Positions 46,459 through 56,263 of a DNA stretch of 64,000 nt are shown here, one piece after another (position 1 is the stretch's first letter; every line of letters begins with the position of its first letter). The position numbers and the translations under genes were made by a program. Origin of the DNA: Bacteroidota bacterium (GTDB lineage: Bacteria; Bacteroidota; Bacteroidia; Flavobacteriales_F; PHOS-HE28); the NCBI GenBank assembly GCA_018267055.1, contig JAFDZF010000081.1, positions 3,345-67,344 of the forward strand, given 5' to 3'. The notes beneath the pieces were generated by a model. It searched no databases, had not been told where the DNA came from, and worked only from the letters and a program-made list of their open reading frames with translations.

Positions 46459-48732
46459 TCAATGGGCCTGTTCCGCGCGGATGATGTTCAGCGCGCTGCC
46501 GGCCTTGAACCAGCCGATCTGCTGCGCATTGTAGGTGTGGTTCGCGATCACCGTGTCGCTGGAGCCGTCCTTGTGCTTGAACACCAGGGTGAGCGGCTTG
46601 CCGGGCGCGAAGGCCGTGAGGTCGGTGAAGTCCACGCGATCGTCCTCCTGGATCCTGTCGTAATCGGCCTCGTTCGCGAAGGTGAGGGCGAGCATGCCCT
46701 GCTTCTTCAGGTTGGTCTCGTGGATGCGCGCGAAGCTCTTCACCAGCACGGCGCTCACGCCCAGGTGGCGCGGCTGCATGGCGGCGTGCTCGCGGCTCGA
46801 GCCCTCGCCGTAGTTCTGGTCGCCCACGATGATGCTCTTGACGCCCGCGGCCTTGTAGGCGCGCTGGGTGGCGGGCACCGGGCCGTAGTTGCCGGTGAGC
46901 TGGTCCTTCACCTTGTCGGCCTCGCCGTTGTAGGCGTTGATGGCCCCGATCAGCGTGTTGTTGCTGATGTTGTCCAGGTGGCCGCGGTAGCGCAGCCAGG
47001 GACCGGCCATGCTGATGTGGTCGGTGGTGCACTTGCCCTTGGCCTTGATCAGCACCACGGCGTCGGTGATGTTCCTGCCGTCCCACGCGGGGAAGGGCTC
47101 CAGCAGCTGCAGGCGCTCGCTGCCGGGCTTCACGATCACTTCCACCTGGCTGCCGTCCGCGGCGGGGGCCTTGTAGCCGGGGTCGTCCACGGCGAAGCCC
47201 TTGGGCGGCATCTCCAGGCCCTTCGGCTCATCGAGCTTCACCTTCTTGCCCTCCTCGTTCACCAGCTCATCGGTGAGCGGGTTGAAGGTGAGGTCGCCGG
47301 CGATGGCCAGCGCGGTGACGATCTCCGGCGAGGCCACGAAGGCGTGGGTGTTGGCGTTGCCGTCGTTGCGCTTGGCGAAGTTGCGGTTGAACGAGGTGAT
47401 GATGCTGTTCTTCCGATCGGGGTCGTCGGTATGCCGCGCCCACTGGCCGATGCAGGGGCCGCAGGCATTGGCCAGCACCACCCCGCCCATCTTGTCGAAG
47501 GTGGCCAGCAGGCCATCGCGCTCGGCGGTGTAGCGCACCTGCTCGCTGCCGGGGGTGATGGTGAACTCGCTCTTGGTCTTCAGCTTCTTGTCCACGGCCT
47601 GCTGCGCGAGCGAGGCGCTGCGCGTGAGGTCCTCATAGCTGCTGTTGGTGCAGCTGCCGATGAGGCCCACTTCCAGCTTGGCGGGCCAGTTGTTCTCCTT
47701 CACCGCGGCGGCGAAGCGGCTGATCGGCCAGGCGAGGTCGGGGGTGAAGGGGCCGTTCACATGCGGCTCCAGCGTGCTCAGGTCGATCTCGATCACCTGG
47801 TCGAAGTACGCGGACGGGTCGGCGTACACCTCTTGGTCACCGTTCAGGTGCTCGGCGATCTTGTCCGCCATGGCGGCCACCTCGGTGCGGCCGGTGCCTT
47901 GGAGGTAGCGGCGCATGCTGTCGTCGTAGCCGAAAGTGCTGGTGGTGGCGCCGATCTCGGCCCCCATGTTGGCGATGGTGCCCTTGCCCGTGCAGCTCAG
48001 GCTCTCGGCGCCCGGACCGAAGTATTCCACGATGGCGCCCGTGCCGCCCTTCACGGTGAGGATGCCGGCCACCTTCAGGATCACGTCCTTGGCCGAGGCC
48101 CAGCCGCTGAGCTTCCCGGTGAGCTTCACGCCGATGAGCTTGGGCCATTTCAGCTCCCAGGCCAGGCCGCTCATCACGTCGCACGCGTCCGCCCCGCCCA
48201 CGCCGATGGCCACCATGCCCAGGCCGCCCGCGTTCACGGTGTGGCTGTCGGTGCCGATCATCATGCCGCCGGGGAAGGCGTACTGCTCCAGCACCACCTG
48301 GTGGATGATGCCCGCACCCGGCTTCCAGAAGCCGATGCCGTACTTGTTGCTGATGCTCTCCAGGAAGTTGAACACCTCGTTGCTCTTCAGCAGCGCGTCC
48401 TGCAGGTCCTGCTTCGCGCCCACGCGCGCCTGGATGAGGTGGTCGCAGTGCACCGTGCTGGGCACGGCCACCTTCTTGCGGCCGGTGGTGCTGAACTGCA
48501 GCAGCGCCATCTGCGCCGTGGCGTCCTGCATGGCCACCCGGTCGGGCGCGAAATCGACGTAGCTCTTGCCCCGGCCGTACGCCTCGGTGGCATCGCCCTG
48601 CCAGAGGTGGGTGTACAGGATCTTCTCGGTGAGGGTGAGGGGCTTGCCGAGCACCTTGCGGGCGGCGGCCACACGGGCGGGGTAGCGGTCGTACACCGCC
48701 TTGATCATGTCGAGGTCGAAGATCTTGGACAT
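46459..48732 (-). CDS. acn: Aconitate hydratase (mitochondrial-type, ~757 aa)
   Basis: 'IGTDSHT', 'GSCTNSS' and '[10 protein letters not shown]' Fe-S ligand motifs, plus the swivel domain. Internal ATG 48732. Confidence 0.96.
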   Translation of the reverse strand: MSKIFDLDMIKAVYDRYPARVAAARKVLGKPLTLTEKILYTHLWQGDATEAYGRGKSYVDFAPDRVAMQDATAQMALLQFSTTGRKKVAVPSTVHCDHLIQARVGAKQDLQDALLKSNEVFNFLESISNKYGIGFWKPGAGIIHQVVLEQYAFPGGMMIGTDSHTVNAGGLGMVAIGVGGADACDVMSGLAWELKWPKLIGVKLTGKLSGWASAKDVILKVAGILTVKGGTGAIVEYFGPGAESLSCTGKGTIANMGAEIGATTSTFGYDDSMRRYLQGTGRTEVAAMADKIAEHLNGDQEVYADPSAYFDQVIEIDLSTLEPHVNGPFTPDLAWPISRFAAAVKENNWPAKLEVGLIGSCTNSSYEDLTRSASLAQQAVDKKLKTKSEFTITPGSEQVRYTAERDGLLATFDKMGGVVLANACGPCIGQWARHTDDPDRKNSIITSFNRNFAKRNDGNANTHAFVASPEIVTALAIAGDLTFNPLTDELVNEEGKKVKLDEPKGLEMPPKGFAVDDPGYKAPAADGSQVEVIVKPGSERLQLLEPFPAWDGRNITDAVVLIKAKGKCTTDHISMAGPWLRYRGHLDNISNNTLIGAINAYNGEADKVKDQLTGNYGPVPATQRAYKAAGVKSIIVGDQNYGEGSSREHAAMQPRHLGVSAVLVKSFARIHETNLKKQGMLALTFANEADYDRIQEDDRVDFTDLTAFAPGKPLTLVFKHKDGSSDTVIANHTYNAQQIGWFKAGSALNIIRAEQAH

Positions 48733-48762
48733 CGGTCGGCTTTGCAGGATGGTTCCGGGCGA

Positions 48763-48770
48763 CAAAGGTA
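48763..48770 (-). promoter_or_regulatory. -7-type promoter box TACCTTTG (aconitase)
   Basis: Perfect TAnnTTTG, 30 nt upstream of ATG 48732. Confidence 0.45.
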
Positions 48771-48838
48771 TCCGATGCGCCCGCACGAGCCGGGGCGGGT
48801 GCGGCCGAGGATCTCAACACCCCGCCCCCGCCGCATGT

Positions 48839-50146
48839 TCACTTCGGCTCCGGGAAGCTGTTCGGCGGCTCCAGGGCCGAGGTGCGGGTGAGCATGTCGC
48901 GCTTCCACCAGTACACCCGCCGCGCATGGAACAGGCCGCTGTATGCGAAGGCCCCGATGAGGCAACCCGTGGCGATGGCGGTCAGGGTGAAGAGCAGCTC
49001 CAGGATGTGCGCCGCCGTGGTGCCCTGGTCGGTGGCGATGCCGGCCACGCTCACCAGCCCGAAGGAGCCCGGTGCCAGCAGCCAGAAGGCCGGCAGGAAG
49101 GTCACCAGCGCCGGCGGGCCCTTCAGCCGGTATTCGATCAGCAGTGCGGTCAGGGTCATCACCGCCGCGCCGAAGAAGGCCGTGGACGCCCCCTCGATGA
49201 CCAGGCCCGAGACGGTCTGTCCCACGTAGGCCATCACCATGGTGCAGGTCATCCAGATCAGCGAGCGCGGGCGGCTGCTCTTGTAGAGGTGCAGCCCCAG
49301 GGCGAAAAGCAGCACGCCGAGCCACGGCAGCCACCACGCCAGCCGCAGCGGCTCCCGCTCGAAGGTCTCCGGCACCTCCCCGCCGAAGGTGCGGAAGCCG
49401 CCGAGCAGCCCGAAGGCCAGCAGCACCAGCTGCGCGAAGCCCGCCACCAGCCGCGTGGCCCCGCTGACGATGTTGGCGAAGGCCAGCTCCACCACGGCCA
49501 CCGTGAGCACGCTGCCCGGCAGGAACACGATGAGCGGCGGGATGAGCAGGTCCATCGCAGGCTCCCGCACCCCCAGCTTGTACGCCAGCCCCACCAGGGA
49601 GGAGAGCAGGAAGGCCGCCACCACGGGCATCACGGCGTTCCATGCCGGCTGCCGCCGCACGGCCACCAGCAACAGTGCGCAGAACAGCCCCAGCACCGCC
49701 ACCACGCCCAGCGCCTGCCAGGTGGGCCGCAGCATCAGGCCCACCCCCATCGTGGTGATGAGGTAGCCCACCACGAAGCCCAGGTCGCCATAGCGGTGCT
49801 TCATGCGCCATACGGCCTCCAGCCGCCGCAGGCCGTCCGCCGGCGTGAGCTTGCCCGACCGCGCCTCCCGCGCGATGTGCAGCACGCCCTCGACCTGGTC
49901 GAAGCGCAATGCCCCGGCCCGGTAAGGCCCCAGCGTCAGGCGCATGGTGTGCTCCTGCCCGTCGTCGAGCTGGATGAAGAGCACCGTGGGCAGCACCGAG
50001 GCCGTCATGCCCGACACGCCGTTGCGCTTGGCGATCTGCCCCAGGTCCCGCTCCACCAAGGCCGCCGCATTGCCCGCCGCCAGTTCGGCCTGGCCCAGGT
50101 GGGACAGGAAGCGCAGCAGGACCTGGCGTTCGGACGGGGAAGGCAT
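48839..50146 (-). CDS. Threonine/serine exporter (ThrE, DUF1212 + ThrE_2) family membrane protein
   Basis: Cytoplasmic N-terminal domain followed by ~10 TM helices with the ThrE arrangement. ATG 50146 is internal to the 522-aa track ORF. Confidence 0.75.
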   Translation of the reverse strand: MPSPSERQVLLRFLSHLGQAELAAGNAAALVERDLGQIAKRNGVSGMTASVLPTVLFIQLDDGQEHTMRLTLGPYRAGALRFDQVEGVLHIAREARSGKLTPADGLRRLEAVWRMKHRYGDLGFVVGYLITTMGVGLMLRPTWQALGVVAVLGLFCALLLVAVRRQPAWNAVMPVVAAFLLSSLVGLAYKLGVREPAMDLLIPPLIVFLPGSVLTVAVVELAFANIVSGATRLVAGFAQLVLLAFGLLGGFRTFGGEVPETFEREPLRLAWWLPWLGVLLFALGLHLYKSSRPRSLIWMTCTMVMAYVGQTVSGLVIEGASTAFFGAAVMTLTALLIEYRLKGPPALVTFLPAFWLLAPGSFGLVSVAGIATDQGTTAAHILELLFTLTAIATGCLIGAFAYSGLFHARRVYWWKRDMLTRTSALEPPNSFPEPK

Positions 50147-50228
50147 CGGCCGAAAGCTAGGACCCGAAGGGCATCGGTCCGATGGCCGGCCGACCGGCGG
50201 CGCGGGGACGTGATGCATCTTTGTGAGG

Positions 50229-50552
50229 ATGACCGAACGGATCGACCACCCGGTGGTGAAAGCCGCGATCGACGCGCTGAACGCCCACGACAAGGCCGCC
50301 TGGAACGCCCTCCTGGCGCCCGGCGCCACCTTCAGCGACGACGGCCGTGAAGGCTCGCTCGCCCACTTCACGGAAGGCGCGTTCGGGAAAGGGCGCGAGC
50401 ATTTCACCAGCGTGGACCGCGTGGAGCACGGTGGCCTGCACGTCTACGGCCACTACCGCTCCGAGACGTGGGGCACGTTCACCACCTTCTTCAAGTTCCA
50501 GGTCGACGACGGCCGCATCACCCGCCTGGAGGTGGGCCAGGCGGACCACTGA
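50229..50552 (+). CDS. SnoaL/NTF2-like fold protein
   Basis: ~107 aa with 'AAIDALNAHDKAAWNALLAPGATFSDDG...GRITRLEV', a typical NTF2-like cone. Start is ATG 50229 or GTG 50223. Confidence 0.7.
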   Translation: MTERIDHPVVKAAIDALNAHDKAAWNALLAPGATFSDDGREGSLAHFTEGAFGKGREHFTSVDRVEHGGLHVYGHYRSETWGTFTTFFKFQVDDGRITRLEVGQADH

Positions 50553-50564
50553 CCCTCCATCCGC

Positions 50565-50930
50565 ATGGACATGCCGATCGCCCTTCGCCTCCTCAGCGGT
50601 GCCCTCCTCCTCTTCATGGCCTGGATGAGCCTGCGCGCCGGCTGGGGCATGATGACGGACAGCCCCGCGATGACGGCCTTCTTCGCCCCCTTCGGCACCG
50701 ACCCGATGCTGCGCCGCCTGCTCGGCTTCGTGGGCTTCGCCGGGTGCGTGATGATGTTCTTCCCGCGCACGTTCGTGTGGGGCAGCTGGCTGAACCTCGC
50801 CGTGGTGCTCTTCCTCTTGGTGCAGTTCGCCTTCGCGCACGACTGGAAGGGGCTGCTCGGCGAATCCTGGGTGGTAGTGCTCGGCTTCGTCATCCTCTGG
50901 CTCGGCCATCCCCTGGCCCGCACGTCCTGA
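50565..50930 (+). CDS. Small 4-TM membrane protein (DoxX-like)
   Basis: Four hydrophobic helices. Lies 12 nt downstream of the SnoaL-like gene. Confidence 0.55.
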   Translation: MDMPIALRLLSGALLLFMAWMSLRAGWGMMTDSPAMTAFFAPFGTDPMLRRLLGFVGFAGCVMMFFPRTFVWGSWLNLAVVLFLLVQFAFAHDWKGLLGESWVVVLGFVILWLGHPLARTS

Positions 50931-51015
50931 CCATGCCCTCCGGCCCGACGTTCGCGCCCTTTTCCGCGCCGCGGGGGAACGTTCCTGCCCCCCGCGTTGC
51001 GATCTTGGTCCGCCG

Positions 51016-52630
51016 ATGCCGATCCTGACCGCCCTCCTCCAGGAACGCCTGCTGCTGGTGATCGCGCTGCTGTTCGCGATCGCCGTGCTGCACATGCTCA
51101 GCGCGAAGCTGCGGCTCTCCTCGCCCATCGTGCTGGTGCTGGGCGGGCTGGCCATCAGCCTGGTGCCCGGCATCCCCACGATCGCGCTGGACCCCGAGCT
51201 GGTCTTCCTCATCTTCCTGCCGCCGCTGCTCTACGAGGCCGCCTGGTTCACCTCCTGGCGCGACTTCTGGGGCCAGCGCCGGGCCATCGCGCTGCTGGCC
51301 TTCGGCCTGGTGATCTTCACCTCGGCCGCGGTGGCCGTGGTGGCGCACGCGATGATCCCCGGGTTCACCCTGGCGATGGGCTTCCTGCTGGGCGGCATCA
51401 TCTCCCCGCCCGACGCGGTGGCGGCCACCTCGGTGCTCGGGGGCCTGCGCATACCCAAGCGCGTGGTCACCATCCTGGAGGGCGAAAGCCTGGTGAACGA
51501 CGCCTCCAGCCTCATCGTGTTCCGCTTCGCCCTGGCGGCCATCATAACCGGTCAGTTCTCGCTGGGCAGCGCGGTGGGCAGCTTCGTGCTGGTGGCCGGC
51601 CTGGGCGTGGCCCTCGGGGTGGGCATCGGCTACCTCATCTACCTCATCCACCGCTACCTCCCCACCACCTCCAGCATCGACGTGGCGCTCACCATCATGA
51701 CGCCCTACGTGATGTACATCGCGGCGGAGCTGCTGCATGTCTCCGGGGTGATGGCCGTGGTCTCCGGCGGGCTCTTCCTCTCCTACCGCTCGTCGGACTT
51801 CATGAACTACCAGACCCGCATGCAGGCCTACTCGGTGTGGGGCACGCTCGCCTTCCTGCTGAACGGCTTCGTGTTCATCCTCATCGGCCTGCAGCTGCCG
51901 GTGATCACAAGTGACCTGGGCATGCCGCCCGGACCGGCGCTGCTGTACGCCATCGCCATCAGCGTGCTCACGGTGGTGGTGCGGATCGTCTGGGTGTTCC
52001 CCGGTACCTACCTGCCCCGCTGGCTCAGCCGGCGCGTGCGCGAACGCGAGCCCCGCCCCCCCGGCGAAGGGCGTGATGCTGGTGGCCTGGTCGGGCATGC
52101 GCGGTGTGGTGTCGCTCGCCGCCGCGCTCGCCGTGCCCCTCACCCTCGCCGACGGCACCGCCTTCCCGCACCGCAACCTCATCCTCTTCATCACCTTCGT
52201 CGTCATCCTCTCCACCCTGGTGCTGCAAGGCCTCAGCCTGCCCTCGCTGATCCGCGCGCTGGGCATCGAGGAGCCCGAGGACGACAAGGCCGCCCAGCTG
52301 CAGCGCCGCCTCAACGCTCGCATGGCCGCCGCCGCCCTGCGGCACATCGATGCCCATTATGCCGAGGAAGTGTCCCGGTCCAAGGCCTTCCTGCGCCTGC
52401 GCTCCTCCTTCGAGCAGCAGACCAGGGAGCACGAGACCGAGAACGACCTGCAGGAGCAGGACCCCGCGCTGCGCTCCGCCTTCAAGAAGGCCATGATCGA
52501 GGTGGTGCACGTGCGCCGCGCGCTGCTGAAGGGCGTGCGCTGCGACACCGAGCTCGACCTCGAACTGGTGCGCGAAGCCGAGGATACGCTGGACCTGGAA
52601 GAGGCCCGCATCCACCGCATGGTGTGGTGA
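51016..52630 (+). pseudogene. Na+/H+ antiporter (CPA1/NhaP-type), interrupted by a 1-nt frameshift
   Basis: The N-terminal ~349 aa (frame of 51016) are a clean CPA1 transporter up to '...LPRWLSRRVREREPRPP'. The conserved continuation '...VMLVAWSGMRGVVSLAAALAVP...' and the cytoplasmic tail are in the +1 frame (track ORF 51911..52630). The switch maps to the C7 run at 52056-52062. Confidence 0.85.
52056..52062 (+). other. C7 homopolymer at the Na+/H+ antiporter frameshift point
   Basis: 'gagccccgCCCCCCCggcgaag'. Transporter homology moves from frame 1 to frame 2 across this tract. Confidence 0.7.
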
Positions 52631-52634
52631 TCCC

Positions 52635-53759
52635 TCAGCGCCGCTCCACGGCGATGCCCCCGGCGCCGAGGAAGGCGGGATCGATGGACGCGCCCAGCCC
52701 CGGCCCTTCCGGCAGCGTGATGGCCCCGCCGGCCCCGAAGCGGATGCCGCCCACCACCGGATCGGCGGTGAACATCATCGGGGTGTCCATGTCGGCATAG
52801 CGGACCGGCGCGCCCGCCACCGCCAGGTGCGCGGAGGCCGTGAACGCCAGCCGCGACTCCAGGAAGCCGCCCACTTGCACCGCGATGCCCGCCGCCTCCG
52901 CCAGCGCGATGATCCGCCACGCCTTCCACAGGCCGCTGCTCTTGCCCAGCTTCACATTGAACCGCTGGCACGCGCCCAGGCCGATCAGGCGCTCGGCATC
53001 GTGATGATCGCAGCAGCTCTCATCGGCCATGATCGGGACCGGCGAGGCTTCGCGCACGTGCCGCAGCTCCAGGAACCGCCAGCGCGGGATCGGCTCCTCG
53101 CAATGCTGGACGTTGAACGGGGCCAGCGCGTTCAGCACGCGGATCGCTGTATCCGGGTCCCAGCCCTGGTTGGCATCGAGCCGCAGCGGCGGCTCCGGGC
53201 CGATGGCCTCGCGGATGCGGCGGACGCGCGCGATGTCCAGGTCCCCGTCGTCCCCGAGCTTCACCTTGATCACCGGGAACCCCGCCGCCACGATGGCCAG
53301 CGCATCGGCCGCCATCCGTTCGGGATCGCCGATGCTCACCGTGTAATCCGTGAAGAGCGGGCGGACCTCCCCGGCCGGGCCGCCGCCCAGGAAGGCATGC
53401 AGGGGCAGGCCCGCGTGCTGTGCGGCCAGGTCGTGCAGCGCGATGTCGAACGCGCTCTTGATGCTGCTGTTGCCGAAGAGGAGCCGGTCCATCACGCCAT
53501 GCGCCCCGGCGATGTCCAGGGCATCGCGGCCGATCAGCGCCTTCGCCAGGTGGCGGCCCACCTCCAGGCAGGTGCCTTGCGTCTCGCCATTGATCGTCCA
53601 GAACGGGCTGCATTCGCCCTGGCCCGTGCGCCCGTCCTGCGTGTGCACCGTCACCACCACGTTCTCCACATCGTCGATCGCACCGAGCGAGGTGACGAAC
53701 GGTGCCTTCAGCGGGATGCTGAGCGGGTGCAGCGTGATGCGGGCGATGGACGTGGGCAT
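52635..53759 (-). CDS. Dipeptide (L-Ala-D/L-Glu-type) epimerase, enolase superfamily
   Basis: Mandelate racemase/muconate-lactonizing-enzyme fold pattern: 'IKVKLG', 'LRLDANQGW', 'CEEP', 'IMADES'. ATG 53759. Confidence 0.85.
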   Translation of the reverse strand: MPTSIARITLHPLSIPLKAPFVTSLGAIDDVENVVVTVHTQDGRTGQGECSPFWTINGETQGTCLEVGRHLAKALIGRDALDIAGAHGVMDRLLFGNSSIKSAFDIALHDLAAQHAGLPLHAFLGGGPAGEVRPLFTDYTVSIGDPERMAADALAIVAAGFPVIKVKLGDDGDLDIARVRRIREAIGPEPPLRLDANQGWDPDTAIRVLNALAPFNVQHCEEPIPRWRFLELRHVREASPVPIMADESCCDHHDAERLIGLGACQRFNVKLGKSSGLWKAWRIIALAEAAGIAVQVGGFLESRLAFTASAHLAVAGAPVRYADMDTPMMFTADPVVGGIRFGAGGAITLPEGPGLGASIDPAFLGAGGIAVERR

Positions 53760-53805
53760 GGCCGGGGGATCGCACAAAGGAAGCGCGCGCCGCATCTTCG
53801 CCGGC

Positions 53806-54735
53806 GTGAACGTCCGCTGCCTCCCCGCCCTGGCCGCCCTGTGCATGCTGCCCGCTGTGCACGCGCAAGAGGGCACGGTGATCGGACTTGGGGAAGAGGC
53901 CCACGGCTATGCCTCGCTGAACGCGCGCAAGGCGGGTGTGCTGCTGGAACTGGCCACGGAGGCCCCCATCACCGCCATCGTGGTGGAATCGTCGTTCGCC
54001 GGGAGCATCGGAGCGCAGCTGGCGTCCGAAGGGCTGGTCCCCGCGATGAAGGCGTTCCTCTATCCGTACTGGCTGACGGATACCGTGACGCACGCGTTCG
54101 AGCAGGTGCTCCACCGGAGCGGCACGCCCGAAGGGGCGTTCCTCTGGGGCTGCGACGTCCAGGAGGACTGCCGCTTCCGCGCCACCACCCGGGCCCTGAT
54201 GGCCTATCCGCCGCTGGGCGCCCGGCACCGGGAGCTGGCGCGCTGCGACAGCGTGCTCGATCGGTACATCGGCACGGCCGCGACCGGCCGACCCATGTCC
54301 GCGGCGGACCAAGCCTTCGTCCAGGCCACCTATGCGTCCATCATCGCCGGCCTGCCGGATGATGAACGGCATGTGCTCGTCGCCCGTGCATTGCAGAACC
54401 GTATCCGGCTGTGCGACCTCCTCGCGCTCGCGGACGTGCACGATCGCATGGCGCTGCGCGACAGCCTCATGGCCGCGAACGTGCTCTGGATCCGCGAGCA
54501 GTGCGGCGCAGGTGGACGGATCCTGCTCTGGGCGGCCGACCGGCACGTGCTGCGGGGCGATCCATCCAAACGGCCACGGTGGTGCGGCGAACACCTCGCC
54601 CGGGCCCTGGGGGAAGGGTACCAGGTGATCGCGGTCGGCCATCGGCGCAAGCGCGGGCGACAGGCCGATCGGTGGGAACGGGTGCCGCACGCCGTGCCCG
54701 TGGCGCCCGAAGCTTGGCGGACACCCTGTCCCTGA
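53806..54735 (+). CDS. Erythromycin-esterase/ChaN-like family protein, possibly C-terminally short; start uncertain
   Basis: Signal-like 'VNVRCLPALAALCMLPAVHAQ', 'GLGEEAHG' and 'LLWAADRHV' resemble erythromycin-esterase family motifs. Alternative start is ATG 53758. Confidence 0.55.
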   Translation: MNVRCLPALAALCMLPAVHAQEGTVIGLGEEAHGYASLNARKAGVLLELATEAPITAIVVESSFAGSIGAQLASEGLVPAMKAFLYPYWLTDTVTHAFEQVLHRSGTPEGAFLWGCDVQEDCRFRATTRALMAYPPLGARHRELARCDSVLDRYIGTAATGRPMSAADQAFVQATYASIIAGLPDDERHVLVARALQNRIRLCDLLALADVHDRMALRDSLMAANVLWIREQCGAGGRILLWAADRHVLRGDPSKRPRWCGEHLARALGEGYQVIAVGHRRKRGRQADRWERVPHAVPVAPEAWRTPCP

Positions 54736-54749
54736 TCCGGTCCGGACGT

Positions 54750-55172
54750 TCAGCGACAGGCCTTGCAGATGCCCTCCACGTCCAGGTGGCTCCGTTGCGA
54801 GCGGAACCCGCGGGGCAGCTCCACCTTCGGCACCGTGACCGTGGCCAGGCAGAACACGCCTTCGCACCGCACGCAGTGGAAGTGCGCATGCGCATCCACG
54901 TGGGCACCCTGGGCGCATCCGCCCGTGCAGGGGGCGTAGCGGCCGGTCCCGCCCGCATCCAGGACCCGGTGCACCAGGCCGGCCTGCTCGAAGGCGTCCA
55001 GCGAGCGGAAGATGCTGACGCGGTCGGCCGCGACCGTGGTCCGGGCCTCCAGTTCCTGCTGGGTGAGCGCGCGGTCGCTGGCGTGCAGGAGCCCGATCAG
55101 CTCCATCCGCAAAGGGGTGACGCGCAGCCCATGGGCACGCAAGGATCCCGCTCGATCGACCGGCTTCATCAT
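54750..55172 (-). CDS. Fur-family transcriptional regulator (Fur/Zur/PerR class not resolved)
   Basis: Winged helix 'RVTPLRMELIGLLH...ALTQQELEA', metal sites 'HVDAHAHFHCVRCEGVF' and 'GICKAC' (two CxxC pairs). Start 'MMKPVD' at 55172. Confidence 0.88.
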   Translation of the reverse strand: MMKPVDRAGSLRAHGLRVTPLRMELIGLLHASDRALTQQELEARTTVAADRVSIFRSLDAFEQAGLVHRVLDAGGTGRYAPCTGGCAQGAHVDAHAHFHCVRCEGVFCLATVTVPKVELPRGFRSQRSHLDVEGICKACR

Positions 55173-55175
55173 CGG

Positions 55176-55183
55176 CGAAGTTA
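55176..55183 (-). promoter_or_regulatory. -7-type box TAACTTCG (Fur-family gene; near-leaderless)
   Basis: Ends 3 nt before ATG 55172. Directly flanked by operator dyad 1. Confidence 0.35.
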
Positions 55184-55202
55184 CATGCAACCGTGTTGCA
55201 TG
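55184..55202. promoter_or_regulatory. Perfect 8-3-8 dyad CATGCAAC-CGT-GTTGCATG (putative operator 1)
   Basis: Read directly. It abuts the TAACTTCG box of the Fur-family gene, in the 112-nt divergent intergenic region. Confidence 0.55.
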
Positions 55203-55222
55203 ACCGGCCGATCGCCCATATT

Positions 55223-55237
55223 TGCAACTCAGTTGCA
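55223..55237. promoter_or_regulatory. 6-3-6 dyad TGCAAC-TCA-GTTGCA (putative operator 2)
   Basis: Same half-site as operator 1, with centres 37 bp apart. It lies just downstream of a CATATTTG box facing the flavoprotein gene. Confidence 0.5.
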
Positions 55238-55284
55238 TCAACAGGCGGTATGCCCGCCTGCCCTCAGCCCTATCCGTTCCGACC

Positions 55285-56208
55285 ATGCCTTCCACCTCCC
55301 CTTCTCCCTTCCTGCACGATGTGCTCATCATCGGCGGCAGCTATGCCGGGCTGTCCGCTGCGCTGGCCCTGGGCCGCTCGCTGCGGCGCGTGCTGGTGAT
55401 CGATGGCGGCGCACCCTGCAACCGCACCGCGCCGGCCTCGCACAACTTCCTCACCCACGACGGCACGCCCCCGGCGGCGATCGCCCGTGCCGCTCGTGCC
55501 CAACTGGCCCATTACCCGCACGTGGAACTGATGTCCGGGCAGGTGGCGGAGGTGAGCGGCGCGGACGGGCACTTCATGGCCCTGACGAACGACGGTCGGC
55601 GGCTGGCGGCCCGAAAGGTGCTGCTGGCGACGGGCGTGACCGACCTCCTGCCCGAGCTCCCGGGCTTCGCGGACTGCTGGGGCATCTCCGTGCTGCACTG
55701 CCCCTATTGCCACGGCTATGAGGTGCACGGCCTCCCGCTCGGCGTGCGCGGGAACGGCGACCTCGGCTTCGAGTTCGCCCGACTGGTCCGGAACTGGAGC
55801 GGCGCGCTCACGCTGTTCACCGACGGTCCTTCCACGCTCTCCGCCGGACGGCAGGCAGCCTTGGGAACGGCGGGTGTCCGCATCGAGGAGGTGCCGCTGG
55901 CGCGCATCGTGCACACGGCCGGGCAGGTGGCCGCTATCGCCCTGGCCGACGGCCGCGACATACCGGTCGCGGCGCTGTTCGCCCGGGTGCCCTTCGCGCT
56001 GAACGGCCTCACCGCTGCGCTGGGATGCGCCCTCACCCCCACGGGGCATGTGGCGGTGGACGAGATGTCCCGTACCAGCATCCCGGGCGTGTATGCCGCG
56101 GGCGACCTGACCACGCCGCTCCGTTCCGTGGCCGCAGCGGTGGGCTCCGGCAACCGGGCCGGCGCCTTCATCAACCACGCCCTCATCGCCGAGGAGCTTC
56201 CGGGCTAA
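55285..56208 (+). CDS. Thioredoxin-reductase-like NAD(P)/FAD-dependent oxidoreductase
   Basis: 'DVLIIGGSYAGLSAALAL' (FAD GxGxxG), redox-type 'CPYCHGYE', and C-terminal 'GVYAAGD'. ATG 55285. Confidence 0.85.
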   Translation: MPSTSPSPFLHDVLIIGGSYAGLSAALALGRSLRRVLVIDGGAPCNRTAPASHNFLTHDGTPPAAIARAARAQLAHYPHVELMSGQVAEVSGADGHFMALTNDGRRLAARKVLLATGVTDLLPELPGFADCWGISVLHCPYCHGYEVHGLPLGVRGNGDLGFEFARLVRNWSGALTLFTDGPSTLSAGRQAALGTAGVRIEEVPLARIVHTAGQVAAIALADGRDIPVAALFARVPFALNGLTAALGCALTPTGHVAVDEMSRTSIPGVYAAGDLTTPLRSVAAAVGSGNRAGAFINHALIAEELPG

Positions 56209-56214
56209 TGGGGC

Positions 56215-56244
56215 CAACGAAAAAGGGGCCTTTCGGCCCCTCGT
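56215..56244. terminator. Hairpin AGGGGCC-TTTC-GGCCCCT (extendable AACGA...TCGTT) between convergent genes
   Basis: Lies between the flavoprotein stop (56208) and the rplI stop (56264). The minus-strand reading is followed by TTTTCGTT, so it probably terminates the rpsF operon and possibly acts in both directions. Confidence 0.65.
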
Positions 56245-56263
56245 TCATGCGTTCATCGGAGGC

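Noticed and set aside
53020-55227. 735-aa minus-strand ORF covering the epimerase 5' region, the esterase-like gene and the Fur-family gene region
   Set aside because: Its frame differs from the well-supported Fur-family (54750..55172) and epimerase (52635..53759) genes. Its composition is mirror-type.
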